64,000 nt of DNA from an uncultured Anaerolineaceae bacterium (GCA_964626755.1 CAZVGO010000004.1:11272-75271), one strand, 5' to 3'. Counted from the stretch's first letter, positions 24,760-35,805 are shown. Notes: generated by a model from the letters alone, not told the origin. Program-made: numbers and translations.

Positions 24760-26054
24760 CAGCGGGCCACCTGCTCGCCCCATGAGGCCGCGACCGTCGG
24801 GACCTCACCCTCGATCGCGCCCTTGGCCCTCTTCAGCCGGAAGAGACGCCGGACAATGATGTCCGCGGCGAGGAACAGGATGATCAGCGCCTGGATGACG
24901 TCGATCACCTCGATCGGGACCTGGTTCTGGGTCCGCAGCTGCATGAGGTTCTGGCCGGCGCGGAGGACGCCGAACAGGAGCGCGGAGAACATGATCCCGA
25001 TCGGCGAGGACCGGCCCAGCAGCGCGACGGTGATCGAATCGAACCCGACCTTGGCGCTGATCCCGGTCGCGTAGAACGTCTGGACACCGAGCATCTGGAT
25101 CGAGCCCGCAAAGCCCGCGAGCAGACCGGAGATGGTCATCGCCAGGGTGATGATGACGACGGGCCGGATGCCCGCGTACCGGGCAGCGTTCGGATTGGCC
25201 CCGACCGTCCGGATCTCGAACCCGAGGGTGGTGCGGTCGAGCAGCCAGCGGATGATGAAGATCGCGAGGAACGCGAGCAGGACGCCGAGGTGGACGTTCC
25301 GTCCGAAGATGACCGGCAGCGTGGCGTTGCCGATGTCGCCCGTCCTCGGGAACGAGAAGCCGGCGACCTTGACGAGATCGAGCCCCCAGGCGAGCAACTG
25401 GAGGGCAATCGCGTTGAGCATGATCGTCGTGACGACCTCGTGGGCCCCGGTGCGCGCCTTGAGGAAGCCCGGGATGAACCCATACGCTGCCCCGGCGATG
25501 CCTCCGATCGCGAGCGCCAGGGGGACCGCGACGTTCGTGTCGAGCGTGGCGAACGTCGCGCCGGCGACCGCGGCGAAGAACGCGCCAACGAGGAACTGGC
25601 CGGCGACGCCGATGTTGAACAGGCCGGCCTTGAAGGCGAGACCGACCGCCAGGCCGCCGAACATCAGCGGGGCGGCCTTGACCAGCGTGTCCCCGATCGC
25701 GTTGAACCGGCGGGCCTCGTCCGCCCACTGGACGGGGGTCCCAAACGCCCCCTCGAGAAGCGCGAGGTACGCCGTGATCGGCAGGTCCGGCTGGATCGGC
25801 TTGCCCGCCGTCAGCGGCGACAGGAGGATGACCATCGCGCCGATGAACAACGCCAGGACGATCGACAGGATCGGCACAGCGCTTGCCCGCCACGTCCGGA
25901 GGACCGCACCGGCCGGGCCGCGGCGTGGGGCACGGGCCGGCTTGTCGTCACGAGTCGCGGCGCCGGCCGGGTCCTTGCCCACCAGCTGATCGGCGCCGCC
26001 GGCCTGGGCCCGGGCGGACTCGCGGGCGGCGCGCGGATCCACCGGTTCGGTCAT
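24759..26054 (-). CDS. ABC transporter permease (BMP/nucleoside-type, first permease)
   Basis: Polytopic membrane protein. ATGA overlap with the upstream ATPase gene. Confidence 0.8.
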   Translation of the reverse strand: MTEPVDPRAARESARAQAGGADQLVGKDPAGAATRDDKPARAPRRGPAGAVLRTWRASAVPILSIVLALFIGAMVILLSPLTAGKPIQPDLPITAYLALLEGAFGTPVQWADEARRFNAIGDTLVKAAPLMFGGLAVGLAFKAGLFNIGVAGQFLVGAFFAAVAGATFATLDTNVAVPLALAIGGIAGAAYGFIPGFLKARTGAHEVVTTIMLNAIALQLLAWGLDLVKVAGFSFPRTGDIGNATLPVIFGRNVHLGVLLAFLAIFIIRWLLDRTTLGFEIRTVGANPNAARYAGIRPVVIITLAMTISGLLAGFAGSIQMLGVQTFYATGISAKVGFDSITVALLGRSSPIGIMFSALLFGVLRAGQNLMQLRTQNQVPIEVIDVIQALIILFLAADIIVRRLFRLKRAKGAIEGEVPTVAASWGEQVAR

Positions 26055-27640
26055 CGCCCGCCCTCCGCCGACCCGCCGGCCCCCGTCCCGATGGTCTGCC
26101 GCGCCGCGCCGCCCGACAGGCCGGCCTCGCCGCGGGCCATGAGCAGGCCGATCCGCTCCCTGTCCGCGTCGGCGGCGTCGAATGTCGCGACGATCCGGCC
26201 CCGGAAGATCACCGCGATCCGGTCCGACAGCTCGAGCACCTCGTCGAGCTCCGCGGACACGAGCAGGATCGCGGATCGCGCGTCGCGCTTGCCGATGATC
26301 TGCTTGTGGATGAACTCGATGCTGCCGACGTCGACGCCGCGGGTCGGTTGGTCGAGGACGAGGAGCGTCGTCGGGTCGGCGAACTCGCGGGCGACGACGA
26401 GCTTCTGCTGGTTGCCGCCCGACAGGCTGCTCGCGCGGACCTTCGCGGACGGGGCGCGGATGTCGAACCGTTCGACGAGCTCGGCACCCCGACGCTCGAT
26501 CTCGCGCTCGTTGCGGAGGATGCCCCGGGCGAAGGGCCGCTCCGAGTACCGGGTCAGCACGAGGTTGTCCTCGATCGTGTACGACAGGATCAGGCCGTAG
26601 CGCTGCCGGTCGGCCGGGACGTACGCGACGGCGCGCTGCCGGACCTGGCGCGTCGAATGGCCGGTGATGTCGCGGTCGCCCAGGACGATCCGGCCGGCAC
26701 TCGGCTTGCGCAGCCCGACAAGGGCCTCGACGAGCTCGTCCTGGCCGTTACCGGCGACGCCCGCGATCCCGAATATTTCGCCCTCGCGGACTTCGAAGTC
26801 GACACCGCTCACGCGCTCGTGACCGCGATCGTCCTTCGCCCGCAGGCCCTCGACCCGGAGGACGGGCCCGGCCGGATGCGACACGCCCCGGTCGACGACG
26901 AGCGAGACTTCCCGGCCGACCATGAGCTCGGCCAGCTCTTCCTCCGTCGTCTCCGCCGGCCGGCGTGTGCCGACGACCTTTCCGCGCCGGATGACCGTGA
27001 TCCGGTCCGCGATCGCGAGAACCTCGTCCAGCTTGTGGGTGATGAAGATGATGCTCGTCCCCTCCGCCTTGAGGCGGCGCAGGACGGCGAAGATCTCGAG
27101 CGTCTCCTGGGGGGTGAGCACCGCGGTCGGCTCGTCGAGGACGAGGAGCCGGGCGCCCCGGTAGAGTGCCTTGAGGATCTCCACCCGCTGCTGCTGGCCG
27201 ACGCTCAACTGGTCGATCCGTGTCCGCGGGTCGATCTGGAACCCGAGCTGTTCGGCAAGTGCCCGGATCCGGCGCTCTGCATCCGCCATGTCGAGGACCC
27301 CGGGCCCGACGACGGTCTCCTGGCCGAGGATGACGTTCTCGGCGACCGTCAGGACCGGGACGAGCATGAAGTGCTGGTGGACCATCCCGATCCCGCGCCG
27401 GATGGCGTCCGCAGGATCGCGGATCGTGACTTTCTCGCCGCCCATGAGGATCTCACCCTCGTCGGGCGCGACGAGCCCGTAGAGGATGTTCATCAGCGTG
27501 CTCTTGCCGGCGCCGTTCTCGCCGAGGAGCGCGTGGACTTCCCCGGCCCGTAAGTCGAGGTCGATGTGATCGTTGGCCACCGTCCCCGGGAAACGCTTCG
27601 TGATGCCGCGCATCTCGAGGATCGGGACGGGGTCCGTCAT
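26051..27640 (-). CDS. ABC transporter ATP-binding protein with duplicated ABC domains
   Basis: Two Walker A motifs (GENGAGKST; GVAGNGQDE), signature LSVGQQQRVEI / LSGGNQQKLVV. Confidence 0.85.
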   Translation of the reverse strand: MTDPVPILEMRGITKRFPGTVANDHIDLDLRAGEVHALLGENGAGKSTLMNILYGLVAPDEGEILMGGEKVTIRDPADAIRRGIGMVHQHFMLVPVLTVAENVILGQETVVGPGVLDMADAERRIRALAEQLGFQIDPRTRIDQLSVGQQQRVEILKALYRGARLLVLDEPTAVLTPQETLEIFAVLRRLKAEGTSIIFITHKLDEVLAIADRITVIRRGKVVGTRRPAETTEEELAELMVGREVSLVVDRGVSHPAGPVLRVEGLRAKDDRGHERVSGVDFEVREGEIFGIAGVAGNGQDELVEALVGLRKPSAGRIVLGDRDITGHSTRQVRQRAVAYVPADRQRYGLILSYTIEDNLVLTRYSERPFARGILRNEREIERRGAELVERFDIRAPSAKVRASSLSGGNQQKLVVAREFADPTTLLVLDQPTRGVDVGSIEFIHKQIIGKRDARSAILLVSAELDEVLELSDRIAVIFRGRIVATFDAADADRERIGLLMARGEAGLSGGAARQTIGTGAGGSAEGGR

Positions 27641-27730
27641 CGAACGTCCTGTGGCGTGGTGGCGGTATGCGAGCGGGCCGACCCGGTGAGACCGGGTCGG
27701 CCCGCAGTTCGGCTCAGCTCGTCGAGCGCC

Positions 27731-28819
27731 TTACTCGAGGTTCGGGCCGCTGCAGTCGACCGGCGCGCACGGGTCGAGCGACCCGTCCTTGAAGCCTGCG
27801 AGGGCCGCGTCGATCTTCGCCTGGACGTCGGCAGGAATCGTCACGTTCGTGAACGGCGACAGCCCGATGCCGTCGTTGTTCGCGTCGTTGAAGAAGTTGC
27901 CACTCACGAGACCGTCGGCGGCGAACCGCTCGATGGCCTGCTTGACGGAGATCTGGAGCTTCTTCTCGGCGCTCGTGACGATGCACGCGGCCGAGTTCGG
28001 GAGCGACTGCGCCTGGTCGACGTCGACGCCGATCCCCCAGATGTCCGCGGCGCAGGCCGCCTGCAGGGCGCCGGCGCCGGTGAGGCCGGCGACCTGGAAG
28101 ATGACGTCAGCGTCCTGCCCGATCATCGCCTGGGCGGCTGCCTGGCCCTTGTCCGGTGCGTTGAAGTCCTGGGTGTAGTTCACGAGGACCTCGATCGCGG
28201 GGTTGACCGACGCGGCACCGTTCCGGTAGCCGTTGATGTAGGCGTAGACCGGTGGCACGTCGTCGCGACCGCCAACCGCCCCGATCGTCCCGCTCTCGCT
28301 GATGCTCGCAGCGACGATGCCGGCCAGGTAGCCGGGCTGTGCCTCAGCGAACAGGATGCCCTGGTAGTTCGGCGGGGGAGGCGACGCGACGAACTGGTCG
28401 ACGCCGAAGAACTGGATCTCCGGGTTGACGAGCGCCGCGGCGCGCGTGTCGGTGCCGATGAGGAAGCCAACCGTGACGATGATGTTATAGCCGTCGTCGA
28501 CGAGCGACTGGATGTTCGCCTTGTAGTCGGCGGTGTCGGCGGTGACGATGTTCGTGGGCGGGGGCGCGCCGATCGCGGCGGCGCCGTCCTGGACGCCCTT
28601 CCAGCTGTACTCGTTGAACGACTTGTCCTCGAGCTGGCCGATATCGGTGACCATCCCGATCTTGACGTCGCCGCCCGGCTCGACCGAGGCCGGCGGGCTC
28701 GACGCGACCGATCCGCCCGGGCTCGCCGCAGGCGTGCTCGCGCTGGGACTGGCGCCGGTGTTCGTACAGGCCGCGATGACAAGCATCGCGACGAGCACGA
28801 CAAGGGCTCGTGTGCGCAT
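27731..28819 (-). CDS. BMP-family (PnrA-like) ABC transporter substrate-binding lipoprotein
   Basis: Signal peptide plus lipobox (IAAC); KIGMVTDIGQLEDKSFNE. Confidence 0.85.
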   Translation of the reverse strand: MRTRALVVLVAMLVIAACTNTGASPSASTPAASPGGSVASSPPASVEPGGDVKIGMVTDIGQLEDKSFNEYSWKGVQDGAAAIGAPPPTNIVTADTADYKANIQSLVDDGYNIIVTVGFLIGTDTRAAALVNPEIQFFGVDQFVASPPPPNYQGILFAEAQPGYLAGIVAASISESGTIGAVGGRDDVPPVYAYINGYRNGAASVNPAIEVLVNYTQDFNAPDKGQAAAQAMIGQDADVIFQVAGLTGAGALQAACAADIWGIGVDVDQAQSLPNSAACIVTSAEKKLQISVKQAIERFAADGLVSGNFFNDANNDGIGLSPFTNVTIPADVQAKIDAALAGFKDGSLDPCAPVDCSGPNLE

Positions 28820-29043
28820 TGACTCCTCCTCCAGATCGCGTCCGCCACCGCCCGGGATGGGGCGGGGGCCCTCCGACAGCGCGGTCGCTTCCGACCCATG
28901 GCGGGGCGGCCGTTGGCGCGCATCCTAATCGCGGCCGACGGGCCGGGCAAGTAGCCACGGCGCGGCGGGCGCCCCCGGGGATGATACGTGGGTTGGGGTA
29001 CCGGGGTGCGCGTCCGGTGGCGACCGCCCGTCATACTGGCCCG

Positions 29044-29883
29044 ATGGAGTCGAGCATCGTCGAGGGGCGGACGGCCGGCGGGCTCGCCTGGGATGCGACC
29101 GGCGAGGGCGAAGCGCTCGTGCTCGTCCACGCCGGTGTCGCCGATCGCCGGATGTGGGAGCCCCAGTGGGGCGGCTTCGGGGGCACGTTCCGGGCGCTCC
29201 GCTACGACGCCCGGGGGTTCGGTGAGACGCTCTCACCGGCCGGACCGTGGTCCCATCACGGCGACCTCGGCGCCCTGCTCGACGAGCTCGGTCTCGAGCG
29301 CATCCACCTCGTCGGAGCGTCGATGGGCGCCGGCATTGCCGTGGAGGTCGCGCTCGAGCGGCCGGCGATCGTTGCCTCGCTCGTGCTCGTTGCCCCAGGC
29401 GGAGCACTCCTCGGCGAGGCCCCGGACGTCCTTCGGTCGGTCTGGCGGGCCGAGGGTGAGGCTCTCGACCAGGGCGACCTGGGCGCGGCGGTCGAGGTGA
29501 ACCTGCGGGCCTGGGTGGACGGACCGGCCCGATCCCGAGAGGCAGTCGATCCCGCGGTCCGCGCGTTCGTTGGCGGAATGCAGCGGCGAGCGTTCGAGCT
29601 GCCCGGCTGGGATGGCGACGGCGCGCCGGAGAGCGAGCTGGAGCCGTCCGCCGCCGACAGGCTGGACGAGCTCCGGGTCCCGGTCCTCGTGCTGGTCGGG
29701 ATGGCCGACTGGCCGCCGGTCATCGAGGTGGCGGAGCGGATCGGCCGCGAGGTCCCGGGAGCGCGGGTCGTCCGCTGGCCCGGGGTGGCCCACCTTCCGT
29801 CGCTCGAGCGCCCAGCCGAGTTCGAGCGACTCGTCCGGGAGTTCGTCCTCGGCGCGCGGGCGGACGCCACACCGGCCGGGTGA
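29044..29883 (+). CDS. Alpha/beta-fold hydrolase
   Basis: LVLVHAGVADRRMW; GASMGAGIA nucleophile elbow. The start is chosen at MESSIV. Confidence 0.7.
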   Translation: MESSIVEGRTAGGLAWDATGEGEALVLVHAGVADRRMWEPQWGGFGGTFRALRYDARGFGETLSPAGPWSHHGDLGALLDELGLERIHLVGASMGAGIAVEVALERPAIVASLVLVAPGGALLGEAPDVLRSVWRAEGEALDQGDLGAAVEVNLRAWVDGPARSREAVDPAVRAFVGGMQRRAFELPGWDGDGAPESELEPSAADRLDELRVPVLVLVGMADWPPVIEVAERIGREVPGARVVRWPGVAHLPSLERPAEFERLVREFVLGARADATPAG

Positions 29884-30494
29884 CCGCGGCCACGGGCCTG
29901 CGCTACGTCGCCCTGGGCGACTCGTACACGATCGGCACGTCGGTGACCCAGGCCGAGCGCTGGCCGGACCAGCTCGTCGACCGGCTCGCGTCGACGGCCT
30001 CGCCGCTCAGCCTCGTCGCCAACCTCGGCGTCAACGGCTTCACCTCAGGGGACGTCGTCGACGTCGAGCTGCCGCGGCTGCCCGAGCTCGACCCGGAGTT
30101 CGCGTCACTCCTCGTCGGGGTGAACGACGTCGTCCAGGGCGTGCCGGTCGAGCGGTTCGAGGCGAACGCGGCCCGGATCCTCGACGCGCTCCGCGCGCGC
30201 CTGGCGGCCGGCCGGATCGTTGCCGTGGCAACGCCCGACTACACGGTCACCCCGCAGGGCGCGAGCTACGGCGCGCCGGACTCGCAGCGGGCCGGCATCG
30301 TGACGAACAACGCGATCCTCGCCCGCCTGGCGGCCGAGCGGGGAATCGCCTTCGTCGACGTCTTCGAGATCTCCCGTCGGGCGGGGGCCGAGCGCGCCCT
30401 CGTGGCCGCCGACGGCCTCCATCCCAGCGGCGCCCAGTACGAGCTGTGGGTCGATGCGGTCGCCCCGGTCGTCGAGCGACTCCTCCGCCGCTAG
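29880..30494 (+). CDS. SGNH/GDSL hydrolase-family protein
   Basis: YVALGDSYTIG motif. GTG overlaps the upstream stop. Confidence 0.7.
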   Translation: MTAATGLRYVALGDSYTIGTSVTQAERWPDQLVDRLASTASPLSLVANLGVNGFTSGDVVDVELPRLPELDPEFASLLVGVNDVVQGVPVERFEANAARILDALRARLAAGRIVAVATPDYTVTPQGASYGAPDSQRAGIVTNNAILARLAAERGIAFVDVFEISRRAGAERALVAADGLHPSGAQYELWVDAVAPVVERLLRR

Positions 30495-31444
30495 GGGGTC
30501 GGGGTCGGGTTCGGCAGGAGGTTGCCGAGGTCGAGGATGAGCGGCCCGCCGTCCGACGGGACGAGCATCACCTGGATCTGGTCGGACAGCTTCTCGATAT
30601 AGCGGTTCTGGAGGATCGCCGCGGTCAGCGATGCCCCGACGAGCCGGTTCGACTCGGCTTCGCCGCGGGCCCGCTCGATCTGGGAATCCGCGTCGCCCTT
30701 CGCCGCGGCCACCTTCTGCTGGGCGATGATCTCGGCCTGGGCGAGCTTCTGGCGCTCGGTCTCGACCTGCTGCTGGGCGACCTGCTTGTCCTCGATCGCC
30801 TGGTTGTACGCCGGCGAGTAGCTGAAGTTCTGGATGTTGATACCCACGACGATGAAGCCGCGCGGCTCGAGCTCGGTGCGAAGCAGTTCGACCGCGCGCT
30901 GGCGGATCTCATCACGGCTGTTGAGCACGATCGCGGTGGGGTAGTCGTCGGTGACGGACTTCGGGATGTCGAGGAAGCGCGGCCGCACGATCGTGTCCTC
31001 GAAGTTCAGGCCGAGCTCCTGGACGATGCGTGGGGCGTCGCTCGGACGGACCGCGTAGTTGAGGGCGATGTCGAGGAACAGGTCCTGCTGCTCCTTCGAT
31101 GCCGCCTGGTAGTCCGGGATCTGGATCGACCGGACCCGCGTGTCGAGGATGTCGACGGTGTTGACCACCGGCGCAACGAAGTGGAGCCCGGGGTCAAGCA
31201 CCGCGCCGGTGACCGCCCCGAACGTGCGGACGACGCCGACGAAGCCCGCCGGGATCTGGATGAAGGCCGAGAGAACGACCGCGGCCGCCAGCGTGAGCAG
31301 CCCGCCGCCGAGGAACAGGCGACCCGGCAGCCCGGGCAGCGTCTCACGCTGTGGTGGGCGCGCGGCGTTGATGAAGATCGCGGCGGCCGCGAGGATGACG
31401 AGTCCGAACCCTACGAGGAACAACAGGCCGCTGATGGCATCCAT
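30491..31444 (-). CDS. SPFH/band-7 (prohibitin/HflC-like) membrane protein
   Basis: N-terminal TM helix then an SPFH domain and a coiled-coil C-terminus (KLAQAEIIAQQKVAAAKGDA). The ATG is at 31444, within a longer track ORF. Confidence 0.75.
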   Translation of the reverse strand: MDAISGLLFLVGFGLVILAAAAIFINAARPPQRETLPGLPGRLFLGGGLLTLAAAVVLSAFIQIPAGFVGVVRTFGAVTGAVLDPGLHFVAPVVNTVDILDTRVRSIQIPDYQAASKEQQDLFLDIALNYAVRPSDAPRIVQELGLNFEDTIVRPRFLDIPKSVTDDYPTAIVLNSRDEIRQRAVELLRTELEPRGFIVVGINIQNFSYSPAYNQAIEDKQVAQQQVETERQKLAQAEIIAQQKVAAAKGDADSQIERARGEAESNRLVGASLTAAILQNRYIEKLSDQIQVMLVPSDGGPLILDLGNLLPNPTPTP

Positions 31445-31517
31445 GACGACGGGGCACCTCTCTTGACACGCGGCCGGTGGCCGTGACGACAGCGTAACGG
31501 CGCGAGGGCCGGCCCGG

Positions 31518-31892
31518 TCAGCGCTCTCGACGCCGGAGCTCGCCCAATCGCGCGTCATCGATCCCGAAGTGATGCGCGACCTCGTGACGCACGACATCCT
31601 CGACCGCGGCCGCGAGCGCCGCCGGCTGCCGGTACGTCCGCTCGAGCGGGCCACGGAACACGGTGATCTTGCTCGGCACCGCGGCGCCGTCGGCCCCCCA
31701 GTGCGTCCGCGGGACGCCCTGGTACAGCCCGAAGAGCCCGCGCGCCGCGACGGACCCGAGCTGCTCCGGCGTCGGCTCGTCCTCGACGACGATCGCGACC
31801 GACCCGAGGCGCTCGAGAACTTCCGGCGGCAGTCCCGCGATCGCCGCTTCGACCATCCGACCGAACGCGTCTCCGGCATCGTCAGCCATCAC
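31518..31892 (-). CDS. Small zincin-like metallopeptidase-family protein (HExxH)
   Basis: VRHEVAHHFG motif near the C-terminus; ~124 aa. Confidence 0.6.
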   Translation of the reverse strand: MMADDAGDAFGRMVEAAIAGLPPEVLERLGSVAIVVEDEPTPEQLGSVAARGLFGLYQGVPRTHWGADGAAVPSKITVFRGPLERTYRQPAALAAAVEDVVRHEVAHHFGIDDARLGELRRRER

Positions 31893-31931
31893 CCGACGAT
31901 ACCCCCCGCCGTCGGGCTACCATAGCCACCC

Positions 31932-34900
31932 GTGACCCTGGCCCCGAACGACTTCACCCACCTCCACGTCCACTCCGAGTTCTCGCTGCTGGACGGCCTC
32001 GGCCGGATCACCGACCTCGTCGACGCCGCGGCGCGGCAGGGCTTCGACTCGCTCGCGCTGACTGATCACGGTGCGCTTTACGGCGCCGTCGCGTTCTGGC
32101 AGGCCGCGACGAACAAGGGGATCAAGCCGATCATCGGCGTCGAGACGTACGTCGCCCGCCGATCGATGACCGACCGCGAGGGCAAGGCTGATGCCCAGCC
32201 CTACCACTTGATCCTCCTCGCGAAGGACTGGACCGGCTACCGGAATCTCTGCCGGCTCGTCACCGACGCGCACCTGGACGGGTACTACTACAAGCCCCGA
32301 ATCGACCGTGAATATCTCGCCCAGCACAGCGAGGGGCTGATCGGGCTGAGCGCCTGCCTGAACGGCGAGGTGTCGCGGGCCCTCGAGGTCGACGACTGGG
32401 ACCTCGCGCGCCGGCTCGCCGGAGAGTACGGCGAGATCTTCGGCAAGGACGGCTTCTTCCTCGAGCTCCAGGACCATGGCCTGCCGGAACAGCGCCGCCT
32501 CAACGAGCAGCTCATCCGGCTCGGCCGCGAAACCGGCCTGCCCCTCGTCGTGACGAACGACCTCCATTACGTCAACGAGGCCCAGAGCTCGGCCCACGAC
32601 GTCCTGCTGTGCGTCGGGACCGGCAACAACCTCGACACGGCGGGTCGGCTGAAGTTCGAGACGAACGACTTCTGGCTGAAGTCGGCCGCCCAGATGGCGG
32701 CGATCTTCCCGGACCAGCGCGACGCGATCCTCAACAGCCGCCGGATCGCCGAAATGTGCGCCCTGGCAATGCCGCTCGGCCAGCTGCGGATGCCGCACTT
32801 CCCGCTGCCCGACGGAGAGACCGCCGAGAGCTGGCTCCGCAAGGAGTGCCAGGCCGGCCTCGTCCGGCGCTACGGGACGGTCACGCCTGCGCTCCAGGAG
32901 CGGCTCGACTACGAGCTGGGCGTCATCACCTCGATGGGCTACGCCGGGTACTTCCTCATCGTGGCGGATTTCATCGCGTTCGCCCGCCGGGAGGGGATCC
33001 AGACGACCTGCCGGGGCAGCGCGCCCGGCTCGATCGTCACCTACACGCTCGGGATCACGCCAGTCGACCCGATCCTCTACGGGCTCCCGTTCGAGCGCTT
33101 CCTCAACCCGGACCGGGTCACGATGCCGGACATCGACGTGGATTTCGAGGACAGCCGGCGCGACGAGGTGATCGCCTACGTCACCCGCAAGTACGGCTCG
33201 GACCACGTCGCCCAGATCATCACGTTCGGGACGATGCTCGCCCGGGCTGCGATTCGCGACGTGGGGCGGGTGCTGGGGCACAGCTACGGGGAAGTCGACC
33301 GGATCGCCAAGGCCGTCCCGAATCAGCTCGGGATCAAGCTGGACGAAGCGCTCGAGATCGCCCCGCAGCTGCGCGAGATGTACGACGCCGATCCGGGCGT
33401 CAAGCGGGTGATCGATTTCGCGAAGCAGCTCGAGGGCGTCGCGCGGAACGCCTCGACCCACGCCGCGGGCGTGGTCATCTCGCTCGAACCGCTGACCGAG
33501 CTCATGCCGCTCCAGAAGGCGACGAACTCGGAAGCGCTGATGACCCAGTACGAGATGCACGCGATCGAAGCACTCGGCCTGCTGAAGTTCGACTTCCTCG
33601 GCCTGAGCAACCTGACGATTCTCCGCCACGCCGTCGACCTCGTCCGCCAGCACCGGGGCGCGGAGATCGGCGCGATCGACCTCGACGCGATCCCGCTCGA
33701 CGACGCGAAGACCTTCGAGCTCCTCGCATCGGGCGAGACGACGGGCATCTTCCAGCTCGAGTCGGCCGGGATGCGCCGCTACATCCGGGACCTCAGGCCG
33801 ACGTCCGTCCTTGACCTCGCGGCAATGGTCGCGCTCTACCGCCCCGGGCCGATGGACAACATCCCCGCGTACATCCGGCGGAAGCACGGCCAGGAGAAGG
33901 TCACCTACCTCCATCCGCTGCTCGAGCCGTACCTCGAGAAGACGTACGGGATCTTCGTCTACCAGGAAGACATCATGTCCGCCGCGATCGCCCTCGGCGG
34001 GTTCACCGGCCCGGAGGCGGACACCCTCGGCTACGCGATCCGCAAGAAGAAGTCGTCGGTCCTTCGCGCCCAGAAGGAGAAGTTCGTCACCCAGGCCGCC
34101 GAGCGGGGAGTCGACGCCCGGATCATCGACCAGGTCTTCGCGGCTTTCCAGCCGTTCGAGCGATATGGCTTCAACAAGGCTCACGCGACGTGCTACGGGC
34201 TGATCGCGTACCAGACGGCATACCTCAAGGCGAACTACACGGTCGAGTACATGACCGCCGTCCTGACCGCCTTCCGCTCGAACGAGGAAAAGGTGGCTGC
34301 AGCGATCGCCGAGTGCCGCCGGATGGGCATCGAGGTCCTCCCGCCGGACGTCCACCGGTCCGATATCGAGTTCACGGTCGAGGGTGACGCGATCCGGTTC
34401 GGGCTGCTCGCCGTGAAGAACGTCGGGCAGGGGGCGATCGAATCGATCATCCGCGCGCGGACCGACGAGGGGGAGTTCCGCTCCCTGCGCGATTTCTGCG
34501 AGCGAGTCGACCTGCGTCTCGTCAACTCGCGGGTCATCGAGGCGCTTGCCTGGGTCGGCGCGCTCTCGGCGTTCGGCCATCCCGCCCAGATCGTCGACGC
34601 GCTGCCGACGATCCTGCCCGCCGCCCAGAACTCACAGCAGCAGCGCGCGACCGGCCAGGTGTCGGCGTTCGACCTCCTGTTCGCCGAGGTCGCCGACGCG
34701 CCGTTGCCGCCGAGCCCCGAGGCGACCCGCCGCGAGCGGCTCCGCAAGGAGAAGGAGCTCCTCGGCCTCTACCTGTCCGAGCACCCGATGGGCGAGGTCG
34801 CCGAGCAGGTCGGCCAGTTCGTCAATGCGTACAGCGGCGACCTGAAGGACGAATCCCTCGACGGCCAGCGGCTCGTCATCGGCGGGATCGTGACCGGCTT

Positions 34901-35762
34901 CCGGACGATCATCACGAAGGCCAGGTCGACGATGGGCGTCGCGACGCTCGAGGACCTCCAGGGGACGATCGAGGTCGTCGTCTTCCCGAAGCTGTACGAG
35001 CAGACTGTCGGCATCTGGCGGGAGGGCTCGATCCTTCTCGTCGCCGGACGGGTCGACCACCGGGGCGAGGAAGCGTCGCTGCTCGCCGACCTCGTGATGG
35101 AATGGGACTCGGCGCTCGCTGCCGGCCCTGAGGCGTTCGGGCGCCAGGTCGCCGCGGGGGATCGCGGCAGCTTCCGGCGGCGCGGCCCGGGTGGCCCCGG
35201 CCCCACGAACGGCTCGTCGAACGGACACGGACCCGACTCCGGGCCGGGACGCGCGCCGGTCGCGGTCGGGCCAGGCCGTCCCTCCGAGCTCGCGGCCGCC
35301 GCCCCGGTTCGCGTTTCGCCGTTGCGAGCCGGTGCAGGCGGTTCCGAGTCTGCGTCGCGGCTGCCGCCGATCGCGCCGGCCGAGCCAATCCCGACGTGGG
35401 GCGAGCCGGTCGGCACCGCCGGCTCGTACCCCGCGGGCGACCCGGACGAGCCGGCCCTTCCCGACGAGGCGCGGGCAAAGGCGGCAGAGGCGGCAGGCGC
35501 GCCAACCCGGCCCGTGGACGCCGGTCCCGGACAGGTGCTGCACGTCCGGTTCATCGGCCCCGCCGAGCGCCTCGTCGGCGCGATGGAGGCATTCAAGGGC
35601 CTCCTCCGGGACCGCCCCGGCGCGACGCAGGTCGTGCTCCACTTGCCCGGTCGCGACGGCGGGGAGATGGAGCTTCGGCGCGGTGTCGCGTACGACGCAG
35701 AGCTCGTCGCCGACGTCCGCCGCCGGCTCGGGGAAGGCGCGGTCGAGCTCAGCCTGGACTGA
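31932..35762 (+). CDS. dnaE: DNA polymerase III alpha subunit, with an ~130-aa low-complexity/novel C-terminal extension
   Basis: PHP domain HLHVHSEFSLLDG; polymerase core; OB fold. GTG start. Confidence 0.9.
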   Translation: MTLAPNDFTHLHVHSEFSLLDGLGRITDLVDAAARQGFDSLALTDHGALYGAVAFWQAATNKGIKPIIGVETYVARRSMTDREGKADAQPYHLILLAKDWTGYRNLCRLVTDAHLDGYYYKPRIDREYLAQHSEGLIGLSACLNGEVSRALEVDDWDLARRLAGEYGEIFGKDGFFLELQDHGLPEQRRLNEQLIRLGRETGLPLVVTNDLHYVNEAQSSAHDVLLCVGTGNNLDTAGRLKFETNDFWLKSAAQMAAIFPDQRDAILNSRRIAEMCALAMPLGQLRMPHFPLPDGETAESWLRKECQAGLVRRYGTVTPALQERLDYELGVITSMGYAGYFLIVADFIAFARREGIQTTCRGSAPGSIVTYTLGITPVDPILYGLPFERFLNPDRVTMPDIDVDFEDSRRDEVIAYVTRKYGSDHVAQIITFGTMLARAAIRDVGRVLGHSYGEVDRIAKAVPNQLGIKLDEALEIAPQLREMYDADPGVKRVIDFAKQLEGVARNASTHAAGVVISLEPLTELMPLQKATNSEALMTQYEMHAIEALGLLKFDFLGLSNLTILRHAVDLVRQHRGAEIGAIDLDAIPLDDAKTFELLASGETTGIFQLESAGMRRYIRDLRPTSVLDLAAMVALYRPGPMDNIPAYIRRKHGQEKVTYLHPLLEPYLEKTYGIFVYQEDIMSAAIALGGFTGPEADTLGYAIRKKKSSVLRAQKEKFVTQAAERGVDARIIDQVFAAFQPFERYGFNKAHATCYGLIAYQTAYLKANYTVEYMTAVLTAFRSNEEKVAAAIAECRRMGIEVLPPDVHRSDIEFTVEGDAIRFGLLAVKNVGQGAIESIIRARTDEGEFRSLRDFCERVDLRLVNSRVIEALAWVGALSAFGHPAQIVDALPTILPAAQNSQQQRATGQVSAFDLLFAEVADAPLPPSPEATRRERLRKEKELLGLYLSEHPMGEVAEQVGQFVNAYSGDLKDESLDGQRLVIGGIVTGFRTIITKARSTMGVATLEDLQGTIEVVVFPKLYEQTVGIWREGSILLVAGRVDHRGEEASLLADLVMEWDSALAAGPEAFGRQVAAGDRGSFRRRGPGGPGPTNGSSNGHGPDSGPGRAPVAVGPGRPSELAAAAPVRVSPLRAGAGGSESASRLPPIAPAEPIPTWGEPVGTAGSYPAGDPDEPALPDEARAKAAEAAGAPTRPVDAGPGQVLHVRFIGPAERLVGAMEAFKGLLRDRPGATQVVLHLPGRDGGEMELRRGVAYDAELVADVRRRLGEGAVELSLD

Positions 35763-35788
35763 GAGCTCGGGGCTGGTCGGCGGAACCT

Positions 35789-35805
35789 GACCCGTTCCGC
35801 GGGTC
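35789..35805 (+). terminator. Short GC hairpin (gacccg-ttccg-cgggtc) 27 nt after the dnaE stop
   Basis: Seen directly; sits in a convergent intergenic region. Confidence 0.3.
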